DNA of 64,000 bases from NCBI GenBank assembly GCA_965203905.1, contig CBDBDQ010000005.1, positions 6,624,001-6,688,000 on the forward strand, in the 5' to 3' direction. Within the stretch, counting starts at the first letter, position 1; each line of letters begins with the position of its first letter. The notes beneath the pieces are model-generated. The model saw nothing but the letters and a program-made list of their open reading frames with translations. It was not told the DNA's origin and ran no database searches. Below are positions 1 to 8,681 of the stretch, in pieces. The translations under genes were made by a program, and so were the position numbers. This DNA is from Spirochaetia bacterium. GTDB lineage: Bacteria; Spirochaetota; Spirochaetia; SZUA-6; Bin103.

Positions 1-485
1 CCGATGACGGCGATGGTGCGCCCGGCGTAGTCGGCGGGCGTATCCTGGCGAACCGCCGAGTAGATGCCGACCGGCAGCGCTATCAGCTGCCCGAGCACGA
101 GTGCTATGAGGCCGAGCTGTATCGTTACCGGCAGGCTGGCGATGATTCTCTGCCGCACGGTAAGACCGCCAAACAGTGAATCGCCGAGGGAGCCCTGCAG
201 CAGCCCGTTGAAGCGACGCTCACCGGTCATCCAGTCAGGGGTCGGCAACACTCCCATCCAGCGTCCATATTGAACGTAGACCGGCACGTCTAGTCCCATC
301 ATACGCTCCACAGCTTCACGGTCTATGCGGTCCCCCGTGCCAGCGCCGCCTTCGTAGAACATGCGACCTTCTATGATGTCTATGACATCGCCTGGGATGA
401 AGCGCACCAACAGAAAGACCAGGATGGTCAGTATGAAGAGGGTGGGGATGACAAGGAGTAACCGCCTGATGACATAGGCTCTCAC
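1..485 (-). CDS. dppB: ABC peptide/nickel permease, DppB-like (5' part, runs off window)
   Basis: GTG start at 485 reads MRAYVIRRLLLVIPTLFIL...RFIPGDVID, matching the other dppB copies. Confidence 0.9.
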   Translation of the reverse strand, partial: MRAYVIRRLLLVIPTLFILTILVFLLVRFIPGDVIDIIEGRMFYEGGAGTGDRIDREAVERMMGLDVPVYVQYGRWMGVLPTPDWMTGERRFNGLLQGSLGDSLFGGLTVRQRIIASLPVTIQLGLIALVLGQLIALPVGIYSAVRQDTPADYAGRTIAVI

Positions 486-531
486 CGCGAACACCTCATG
501 ACGATTTCTCCATCAATGCAGCCGGGAGAAC

Positions 532-569
532 AGGGGAGCTGGAAAGCGCGACGCCTCCCAGCTCCCTCT
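532..569 (-). terminator. Stem-loop between SBP and dppB (mRNA stabiliser or attenuator)
   Basis: GGGAGCTGG...CCAGCTCCC inverted repeat. Hairpins at the equivalent position occur at 8625, 16857, 21750, 36858 and 47841. Confidence 0.6.
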
Positions 570-597
570 TCCTGAGGTCCGCCGGATGCGGCGAATC

Positions 598-2445
598 CTA
601 GCGACCCATTTCTGCCTTGAGCTGACTGTCGACCCAGAGACGGGCCCATACATTCAAGTACTGTTGTGATCCGAAGCCGCCTTCGCCGCCATAACCCATC
701 ACCCACGGCTGGTGCACGGCAAAATCTGGGGCCGTGGGCCCCCAGATCATCCAGTGCTGCTCCAGGTGGCGCATGTCCATCTCTCTAATCGGCCTGGTCT
801 GCTCCTCTACGGTGGTAGCGGCTACCATTTCCTCATACAGGGCGTCATATTGCGCGTCGTGCTGTGGTATGTGGTGCCACCCAGTAGAACCGCCGTAAGA
901 CATGGACATCTGCGACCACGGCTCACCTTTGGCGCCTGTAGAACCGACCCACATGTCCCAGTCACCAATACCCCCGGCAGCGCGAACGGGGCGTGCCGCT
1001 GTTAATCGGGGGATTATTTCACCGATGGGAATCGGCTGAATATTGAGCTTGATGCCGACGGCCCCCCAGTATCCGCCCAATAATTCCGGCCAGCTCACAT
1101 CGCCACCCTCGATGAACAGGTAGGTGGTCTCGAATCTAATGCCGTCCGCGCCACGGGGAAGCCCGGCCTCATCGAGCAGCTTATTGGCCCCGTCCAGGTC
1201 ATACCTGTAGTATTGCTTGATCTCTTCGGGCCAGTCTTCGAACGCGACGCAATACCCGGTGGCGCAGAAACTGTTGTTCACCAGCCCCATAGGTGTCGTA
1301 TCCGCAAATCCCTTGAAGTAGGTAGCGTTGATGGTCTCGAGGTCCAGTGCCATCTGCATCGCCCGTCGCACCCGGATGTCGTCAAAGGGTGGCTTGGCCG
1401 TGTTGAGCTTGGTCGCATGATTCGTCCGCTGTGCAAACTGGATCACCACGAGCTCTGGGTTGGTCCGCATGAGGCTCTCTGCCTGGTCTATGGAGGCTAT
1501 TTGAGAGTTGCCCTGCCAACCTGCGTAATCGGCCTGACCCGAGCGCAGTGCCGCCATGATGGTCGCCGGCTCGCTCATATACAGGGCCTTTAGCTCGTCG
1601 ACATAGGGTAAGCGGTTCTCCGGGTACTTCTCGTCGAAGCCCCAGTAGTTGGGATGCTTGGTGTAGGTGAGGGAGCTGTCCGGGACGAAGTCGGTCATCA
1701 TGAAGGGCCCGGTGCCGACGACATTCCTCCAATCCTGCATATCCCCGTATTGCTCGATTACCTCGGGGGGCTGTATGAAGATGTAACGCTGGTCCAACAT
1801 GTGCTGCTCTGCACGGAGTCTTGGCTCCTGCAGCTTCATAACAACCGTCCAATCGTCGGTGGCCGTTACCGATTCCCAGGGCAGAGTACCGAGGGGGCCT
1901 GCTGCCGGGGAAGGTTCGGCTTCGCTGAACCGGGTCCCGGTCAACTTGTTTCCCAACATGCGGTGAAAGTTGAACTCGACATCCTGGGCAGTGAGCTCCC
2001 GCCCGTTCATAGGCGGCTTGTCATGCCAGTGAACGCCCTGGCGGATGTGGAAGACATAAGTGGTGGCGTCGGGCTGTTCCCAGCTCTCCGCCAGGGCCCC
2101 GGTAAGGGCGGACAGAGGCGGGGAATAGCCGCCGACGAAATGATACGCGTCCCTGTCTATGGCCCAGTCCACCGTGCCCAGTTTCTCTAGCACGCCGCTC
2201 ATGACTTGCCCCGCTCCACTGCCAAACCAGGGGTCGCGAGGCTCAACAGTGCTTTTGAATACGTAGATAAGTGTTCCGCCATACTCTGGCGCGGTGAACA
2301 CCTTGCCGGTGACCGGGTCGGTCACGTACCTCTTGTCAGCGGCGGCTGCCGGCTGCTCTTCTTCGCCGGCGGCCCAGAGGCCGGTTGCGGCAAGAACGAG
2401 ACCGACCAGTACGGCCAAGCACGTTCTGCAGGTTGCGAATCTCAT
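598..2445 (-). CDS. dppA: ABC solute-binding protein family 5 (SBP1)
   Basis: Signal peptide ending GLWA; LAESW, GTGPF and PFDDIRVRRA motifs; AGAAGGAG RBS before the ATG at 2445. Confidence 0.92.
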   Translation of the reverse strand: MRFATCRTCLAVLVGLVLAATGLWAAGEEEQPAAAADKRYVTDPVTGKVFTAPEYGGTLIYVFKSTVEPRDPWFGSGAGQVMSGVLEKLGTVDWAIDRDAYHFVGGYSPPLSALTGALAESWEQPDATTYVFHIRQGVHWHDKPPMNGRELTAQDVEFNFHRMLGNKLTGTRFSEAEPSPAAGPLGTLPWESVTATDDWTVVMKLQEPRLRAEQHMLDQRYIFIQPPEVIEQYGDMQDWRNVVGTGPFMMTDFVPDSSLTYTKHPNYWGFDEKYPENRLPYVDELKALYMSEPATIMAALRSGQADYAGWQGNSQIASIDQAESLMRTNPELVVIQFAQRTNHATKLNTAKPPFDDIRVRRAMQMALDLETINATYFKGFADTTPMGLVNNSFCATGYCVAFEDWPEEIKQYYRYDLDGANKLLDEAGLPRGADGIRFETTYLFIEGGDVSWPELLGGYWGAVGIKLNIQPIPIGEIIPRLTAARPVRAAGGIGDWDMWVGSTGAKGEPWSQMSMSYGGSTGWHHIPQHDAQYDALYEEMVAATTVEEQTRPIREMDMRHLEQHWMIWGPTAPDFAVHQPWVMGYGGEGGFGSQQYLNVWARLWVDSQLKAEMGR

Positions 2446-2762
2446 GGGAAATCTCCTTCTTCGAGAGCACTCGACGACTGCTCCCCTCGTCCGCTCTCGA
2501 AGTCCGGCTTCAGGGCCGGTTACTGGCAGGGAGAGAGGGCACTTGGCATCAGCTACCTCCGCACCTCCTGTCGCCTGCCATGGTACACACCCCGAATGGG
2601 CCGTCAAGCACGTACCACGGCAGACCGCGCGCTACCCAGGATGTCGACGTGGTCGTGGAGACCAACGGCGCGACGCGGCCTGCGCGAAGGAATGAGTAAG
2701 CTCATCGCGTGTCCGTGCGCGGCGGATCCATGGCCCAGTGCTTTGGGCACGGCGATGTTGGC

Positions 2763-2797
2763 TTGACACACTATCATCGTTGGTGAATGATACCAAC
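2763..2797 (+). promoter_or_regulatory. Promoter/operator of the RHH-MazF module, probably leaderless
   Basis: TTGACA at 2763; overlapping inverted repeats TATCAT..ATGATA and GTTGGT..ACCAAC directly before the ATG; no SD. Confidence 0.6.
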
Positions 2798-3040
2798 ATG
2801 GCAACCAGACCCGTCCAGATCTCGATCGACGAAGAGCTCTTGCGCCGCCTGGACGCGGATTCGGACGCCCGGCGGCAGGGTCGGTCGGCTTTCGTGCGCA
2901 CGGCGGTACGGTTCTACCTGGAGGCGAAGCAGCGCCGCGAGGTAGAAGCTCAGCTTCAACGAGCGTACCAGGGCCGCGCGGACGAATTGCTTGGTGAGGT
3001 GGCGGATATGATCACCGATCAGGAATGGCCCGCGAGCTGA
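2798..3040 (+). CDS. Ribbon-helix-helix (CopG-like) antitoxin
   Basis: MATRPVQISIDEELLRRLD...RSAFVRTAV RHH pattern; overlaps the toxin gene. Confidence 0.85.
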   Translation: MATRPVQISIDEELLRRLDADSDARRQGRSAFVRTAVRFYLEAKQRREVEAQLQRAYQGRADELLGEVADMITDQEWPAS

Positions 3041-3351
3041 ACCGCGGGGAGATCTGGCTGCTCGACCTCCCGCGCCCGGACAAGCGGCGTCCGGTTCTGA
3101 TCCTGACGCGGCGCGGGCTGATCGGCCTCCTGCACACCGTTACGGTGGTCGCTCTGACCTCCACCCTTCGCGGCGCCCCCACGGAGGTGGAGTTGGGCAC
3201 TGCCGAGGGGCTCAAAGGACTCTCGTGCGCCAACCTGTGCAATGTTTTCACGGTGGAACAGCACCGGCTGCGAACCTTTGTGGGGAGTGTTGGTCCGGAC
3301 AAGATGCGCCAGGTGTGCCGAGCACTGATCATCGCCACCGGGTGCGACTGA
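3025..3351 (+). CDS. mazF: PemK/MazF family toxin
   Basis: RGEIWLLDL...KRRPVLIL...VTVVALTST motif, 108 aa. Confidence 0.9.
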   Translation: MARELNRGEIWLLDLPRPDKRRPVLILTRRGLIGLLHTVTVVALTSTLRGAPTEVELGTAEGLKGLSCANLCNVFTVEQHRLRTFVGSVGPDKMRQVCRALIIATGCD

Positions 3352-3768
3352 GCGGGGACGGTCGTACTCGGACCTACCTGACCGACCTCGCGGCATCGGC
3401 ATAGAGCGCCGTTCGACAGCGCTCAGTCACATCTTGGGCAGTGAGTTCCTGCCAGCGCCCTATCTGGTCCGATACGCGTCCTGCCTGCTTCGGAGGTGCA
3501 TCGCCGCTCGGCTGATCGCACTCGACGTCGTGCCGCTTGGCCGACCACGCCAGGTAGCGCTCTCCGCCCCCGCGATGACGCGCTGCTGCGCTCGCGACCG
3601 CGCCAGGGGTTTGAGCATGGTCGGGCGCTGATGGTCCGGCAGCGATGGTAGTCACCGTGGTGCGATCGCGGTGTCGCCGACGTCCCCGCGCTGACCTGAT
3701 AGTGCGAACTTACCTTCTACTCCGACACAGCCTTGCCGACAGGCTTGCTGCCGGCGGAGAAGCGGGCG

Positions 3769-3816
3769 GCGCCGCGCAGGCGGGGGTCCAGGAGGTCACG
3801 CAGGGCGTCGCCGAAA
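3769..3816 (-). pseudogene. Orphan 3' tail of dppC
   Basis: The minus strand translates to FGDALRDLLDPRLRGA, the DppC C-terminus. Confidence 0.8.
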
Positions 3817-3914
3817 TCGAGCGCCCCACCTGACCACCCCTTTCGATGCGGATTCGGCAGCGCCCGGCACTCGCGCCGCTGGTCTCCGGGCGGGAATAGT
3901 GGTATAGGGGTGAT

Positions 3915-4169
3915 ATGGACGAGCCGGCAAGCAGGCGCGAACCGCAGGACCGGGCGGATTTCCAGGACCGGCTGCGCGTTCTGGTCGCACGCTACAAGGC
4001 GGAGTGCCTGTGGGACCTCAAGGAAGATCCGGACCTGGAACAGGAGGCGGTGGCTGGTATGGTACTGCGCCGCATCGTGTCCTGCGCTGACCGCGCCGGA
4101 TTCGTCGAAGCGCAGCTACTCCTGAGATGGCTGTCACCGAGTTCCAGCGTTCCATCTGCCGGCTCATAG
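3915..4169 (+). CDS. Small protein, likely antitoxin partner of the downstream nucleotidyltransferase
   Basis: 84 aa with a CLWD motif; 43 nt overlap with the AbiEii-like gene. Confidence 0.6.
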   Translation: MDEPASRREPQDRADFQDRLRVLVARYKAECLWDLKEDPDLEQEAVAGMVLRRIVSCADRAGFVEAQLLLRWLSPSSSVPSAGS

Positions 4170-4939
4170 CCGACCACCGCAAGCGCTCCGGAGTGAGCTA
4201 CGTCGCCGGCGGTGTAGCCCTCAATCTGCTCCTCGAAGCAACGCGCCTGTCGCGCGATATCGACATCTTCCACGATGCGGAAGAAGCGGTGCACTCCTCG
4301 TTTGCAACTGATCGCCGGCTGTTGGAGCGCGCCGGCTACAAGGTGTCTGCGCTGCGTGAGCTACCCGGTTTCGTGGCTGCCGCCGTCGCCAAGTCCGGTG
4401 ACGGCGTACGCATGGAGTGGGTTCGGGACAGTGCGTTCCGCTTCTTTCCGCTCATGGAGCATGAACAACTCGGGCTGACGCTGCACCCCTTCGACCTGGC
4501 CACCAACAAGGTTCTGGCGATGGTCGGACGGCTTGAGGTCCGCGATTGGGTGGACGCAATCAACGCTGGTCGCCGCTTGCAGCCGCTCGGCTACCTGCTG
4601 TGGGCCGCGTGCGGCAAGGACCCGGGGTACAGTCCCGGCTCGTTGCTCGCGCATGCTCGCCGGACGACCCACTATTCGGCCGTCGAAGTGGCGCAGCTCG
4701 AATTCGAGGGCGCGTCGCCGGATGCCCGCGCGCTTGCCTCCGATTGGCACGGCATGCTGGCCGAGGCCGCTGCGATCATCGATCTGCTGCCACCGGAGCA
4801 GGCTGGAAACTGCGTATTGGACGCCGAGAACAGTCTGTTCACGAGTGGCAGTGGTCGGCTGCCCCGCGCGCTCGCACAGCGTCGAATCCGTTTCCACGCG
4901 GGGTCGCTCGGCGGTGCCTACCCGCGGCTCGTGACCTGA
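4127..4939 (+). CDS. AbiEii-like nucleotidyltransferase toxin
   Basis: YVAGGVAL...RLSRDIDIF, NKVLA...R...RDWVD motifs. Confidence 0.8.
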   Translation: MAVTEFQRSICRLIADHRKRSGVSYVAGGVALNLLLEATRLSRDIDIFHDAEEAVHSSFATDRRLLERAGYKVSALRELPGFVAAAVAKSGDGVRMEWVRDSAFRFFPLMEHEQLGLTLHPFDLATNKVLAMVGRLEVRDWVDAINAGRRLQPLGYLLWAACGKDPGYSPGSLLAHARRTTHYSAVEVAQLEFEGASPDARALASDWHGMLAEAAAIIDLLPPEQAGNCVLDAENSLFTSGSGRLPRALAQRRIRFHAGSLGGAYPRLVT

Positions 4940-5055
4940 GCGGCGCCGCCGGACGCGAATGGATGACCACACCAGCGAGTGCGTTCGTGACAACCGGCTT
5001 GCGGGGCGTGCAACCGCTTGACAGCCCGGCGCGGGAGTTATAAACGCTTGTTATT

Positions 5056-6237
5056 GTGAGCAGCACGCGTCCTTCCCTCGCCGACGTGCGCCGTACGCTG
5101 CGCGTCAAGTGGTATCGGAGTCCCATCGACCCCGGGCTGCTGCGGCAGCTCATGAAGCGCAGCGATCTGCAGGGCTGGTGGCAGGCGCTGGGCGTGATCG
5201 GCTACCTGACCGGCACCGCCCTGCTGACTTGGCACTTCTTCGCCCAGCAGCAATGGGCACTGTTCGCCGTCGCGCTGTTCGCGTACGGCACCTACTCCTG
5301 CTTTCTCGGCGCGGCGTCGCACGAGCTGGATCACGGCACGGTGTTCCGCACCAAGGCGCTGAATCGGTTCTTCCTGCGCCTGTTCTCGCTGATCACCTTC
5401 TTCAATCCCGACGACTACGCGCTCAGCCACACCTACCATCACCGCTACACGCTGCACCCGGAGGGCGACCGCGAGGTGGTGCTGCCGCAGTCGGCGGCGA
5501 TGCGCATCCTGTTCATCGTCCAGTTGTTCTGCGTCAACCTGACCGGCGGGCCGGGCTGCGACGGACTGATTCCACGCGTCCGTGACACGGTGAACGCCGC
5601 GCTCGGCAAACCGCGGGCCAAGGACGCCGCCGGCGACACCGAGCCGCTGGCGCCGGGCGCTCAGGAGTGGATAGCGGCGCTGTACGAGGCCCATCCCGAG
5701 GAACGGATCAAGTCGGTGCGCTGGGCGCGCAAGATCCTGCTGTTCCACGCCGCAGTGATCGCGGTCGCGATCGTGTTTCAGCTCTGGCTGCTGCCGGTGT
5801 TCATTACGCTGTCCCGGTTCCTCATGAACTGGTGGCGTCTGTTCGTGTTCCTGCCGATGCACTGCGGCCTGCGCGACAACGTGGCCGACTTCCGCAAGTG
5901 CACGCGCAGCATCCGGCTCGACCCGGTCTCATCGTTCATGTACTGGCGCATGAACTGGCACCTGGAGCATCACATGTACGCCGGCGTGCCGTGCTACCAC
6001 CTGCGCAAGCTGCGCCAGGCGATCGAGTTCGACCTGCCGGTGGCCAACAACGCGATCGCGGCGTTCCGGGAGATGCGCGCCACCTGGAAGCGGCAGCAGA
6101 CGGAGCCCGGCTACCAGTACGACACGCCGCTGCCGCCGACCGCCAACCCGGGCCACGTCGACGCCCACGCTTCGAAGCAAGACGACGACCTCAGCACCTC
6201 GATCGGCGACCTGGCCCCGGCTGTGCTGAGCCATTGA
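5056..6237 (+). CDS. Fatty acid desaturase family protein
   Basis: Three His boxes (HELDH, HTYHH, HLEHH) and TM segments; TTGACA at 5018 upstream. Confidence 0.88.
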   Translation: MSSTRPSLADVRRTLRVKWYRSPIDPGLLRQLMKRSDLQGWWQALGVIGYLTGTALLTWHFFAQQQWALFAVALFAYGTYSCFLGAASHELDHGTVFRTKALNRFFLRLFSLITFFNPDDYALSHTYHHRYTLHPEGDREVVLPQSAAMRILFIVQLFCVNLTGGPGCDGLIPRVRDTVNAALGKPRAKDAAGDTEPLAPGAQEWIAALYEAHPEERIKSVRWARKILLFHAAVIAVAIVFQLWLLPVFITLSRFLMNWWRLFVFLPMHCGLRDNVADFRKCTRSIRLDPVSSFMYWRMNWHLEHHMYAGVPCYHLRKLRQAIEFDLPVANNAIAAFREMRATWKRQQTEPGYQYDTPLPPTANPGHVDAHASKQDDDLSTSIGDLAPAVLSH

Positions 6238-6276
6238 CCGGCCTCCCCGGCACTCCTATCCTTTGAAGCTGCCGCC

Positions 6277-6660
6277 ATGGGAGCCACCTACGTCGATGTG
6301 ACGATCCGCAACCCCGCCGCGCCGGCGAGGAGTTGGACGGGACGGTTCCTGGTGGATACCGGAGCGTTCAACTCACTGGCGCCGCGCCGGCATCTGGAAG
6401 CGATCGGCCTGGAGCCCAAGTCGCACGAGCAGTACGTGCTCGCGGACGGCACGGCGATCACGATGGACACCACGGTCGCGGAGATCGAGTTCGAAGGCAA
6501 AACGGTTGGCGGCACGGTGATCTTCGGGGACGCGGAGGCCGAGCCACTGCTTGGGGTTACGGCCCTTGAGTCCGGCGGTTTCGAGGTGGACCCCCGCTCG
6601 CAGCAACTGAAGCGCTTGCCGGCGATCTTGCTGAAAGGGATGCGCAGGAGCGCTCGGTAG
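6277..6660 (+). CDS. Clan AA (retropepsin-like) aspartic protease
   Basis: FLVDTGA catalytic motif and PLLGVTALE motif. Confidence 0.88.
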   Translation: MGATYVDVTIRNPAAPARSWTGRFLVDTGAFNSLAPRRHLEAIGLEPKSHEQYVLADGTAITMDTTVAEIEFEGKTVGGTVIFGDAEAEPLLGVTALESGGFEVDPRSQQLKRLPAILLKGMRRSAR

Positions 6661-6771
6661 GCGACAGCCTTCCCGCGGGTCGCAGCCGCCCGGTCGAACT
6701 CCCGGCCGATGCGCCACCGGTAGCAAGCTCCAAGAGTCCGGCGGAATCCCACCGCCGGTCAGCGGGCTGCT

Positions 6772-7646
6772 CTACAGCGACGCACCGCGATCGGCGCCGA
6801 GACGGCCGCCACCGCCGCGCAGCCGCGGGTCGAGCAGGTCCCGCACCGCGTCGCCGAACATGTTCAGGCAGTACACGACAACGGTCAGGCACAGCCCCGG
6901 CCACAGCGCCAGCCGCGGCGCCACCTCCATGAACTCGCGCCCTTCCCGGCTCAGCATCCCGCCCCAGCTCGGCACCGAGATCGGCAGTCCGAACCCCAGA
7001 AAGCTCAGCGCAGCCTCGCTGATGATCACGCCCCCGACGTTGATCGTGAAAATGACGATCACCGGAGCGGCGATGTTGGGCAGGACGTGATGGATGAGGG
7101 TTCTCCACCGGGTGCCGCCGATCGCCTCGGCTGCCTGAAAGTAGGCATTCTCCTTTACCCCGATCACCGCGCCTCGGACCACTCGCGAACCGCCGATGCC
7201 GCCGGTCACCCCAGCACCACGATGATCTGCGGCAACCCCCGCCCCACCAGCGACATGATGGTGAGCAACAGCAGCAGCCCCGGAAACGCCATCCAGGCGT
7301 CGACGAAGCGCTGCATCGCCAGGTCGAGTCGACCGCCGAAGAACCCCGAGATGCCGCCGATCAGCACCGCCACCACGACGTTGACGGTGGTCGCCGCCAG
7401 ACCGACGGTCAGCGATATCCGGGCCCCGAACACGAGGCGGCTCAGCAGGTCGCGCCCCAGTTGGTCGGTCCCCAACAAGTACCGGTTGGACGGGGCCTGC
7501 ATCCGATCGACGATGTTGACTTCATCATGCGGGTAAGGCGCCAGCACATCGGCAAAGATCGCCACCAGGATCAACAGCAGGATGACCACCCCGGCGACGA
7601 TGCTTAGTGGCTTCTCCTTGACCAGCCTGCGCAAGAACTCAGTCAT
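6772..7646 (-). CDS. dppC: DppC-like permease, 1-nt frameshift near 7210
   Basis: Near-identical to the intact copy at 14972-15847; C4 here versus C5 in paralogs. Possibly a sequencing error. Confidence 0.88.
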
Positions 7647-8595
7647 AGCGAACCCTGGGGTCCAGGACCGCGTAGACCAGGTCGATGAACAGGTTGATCA
7701 GCACCACCCCGGTGGCGAAGAACAGGTTGATGCCGGAGACCATCGGGTAGTCTCTGTCGTTGAGGGCATTCAGCAGGAGGCGCCCGAGCCCCGGCAGGTT
7801 GAAGATGTTCTCCATGATCACGGCGCCCCCGACCAGAATCGGCAACTGCAGGCCGATCAGGGACACCACCGGGATGAGGGCGTTCTTGACGGCGTGCCGG
7901 ACCACCACCGCCCGCTCCCGCAAGCCCTTGGACCAGGCGGTCCTGATGAAATCCTGCCGCAGCACCTCCAGCATCATGGTGCGGGTCATCCGCATGGTGG
8001 CGGCCGCCGCGGCCGTGCCCAGAATCAGGCTGGGGATCAGGAACCCCGAGAGATTTCGCAGCGGGTCTTCGGTGAAGGAAACCAGTTGCAGCGGCGGCAC
8101 CCAGCCCCACCAGGTGGCCGGGTAGATCATGACCATGATGCCGAGCCAGAAGTTGGGCGTGGCCAAGCCGATGATGGCGACCGAGCGCCCCACGAAGTCG
8201 GCGACGGTATCCTGGCGAATCGCGGAGTAGATGCCCACCGGCAGCGCAATCACCAGCCCGATGACGATTGCCAGGAGGCCAAGCTCAATGGTTACCGGCA
8301 GTCTACGAATTATCTTCTCCTCGACCGTCCCCTGGCCCAACAATGAACTGCCAAGGGTCCCGCGCAGAAAGATACCTCCGATCCAGCGTCCGTATTGCAC
8401 ATACACCGGCACGTCCAAGCCCAGCATCCGCTCATAGGCTTCTCGGTCGATGGCACCGGTCAGGTATTCATTGTTGGCCACCATCGTATCTATTACATCG
8501 CCCGGGATGAAGCGGACCGAGAGAAAGACCAGGATGCTCAATATGAACAGCGTAGGGATGATGAGCAGTAATCTCCTGATGATGTAGGCTCTCAT
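7639..8595 (-). CDS. dppB: DppB-like permease
   Basis: 318 aa; DFIRTAWSKGL EAA-like loop; DPRVRY C-terminus. Confidence 0.93.
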   Translation of the reverse strand: MRAYIIRRLLLIIPTLFILSILVFLSVRFIPGDVIDTMVANNEYLTGAIDREAYERMLGLDVPVYVQYGRWIGGIFLRGTLGSSLLGQGTVEEKIIRRLPVTIELGLLAIVIGLVIALPVGIYSAIRQDTVADFVGRSVAIIGLATPNFWLGIMVMIYPATWWGWVPPLQLVSFTEDPLRNLSGFLIPSLILGTAAAAATMRMTRTMMLEVLRQDFIRTAWSKGLRERAVVVRHAVKNALIPVVSLIGLQLPILVGGAVIMENIFNLPGLGRLLLNALNDRDYPMVSGINLFFATGVVLINLFIDLVYAVLDPRVRYD

Positions 8596-8681
8596 GGGGC
8601 AAATCTGCTTGCGGCTTAAAAAATCCCTCCCACCCTATCGAGGGTGAGAGGGACCTGCAAAGCGAGTTTCCAAACCCGTGC

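Noticed and set aside
7205-7215. Programmed frameshift or true pseudogene in dppC, and likewise at ~12210, 18738, 46749, 49637, 53281, 55895 and 59625
   Set aside because: These are single-base indels, mostly in short homopolymers, in otherwise intact genes. Long-read consensus error is the simpler explanation; read-level checking is needed.
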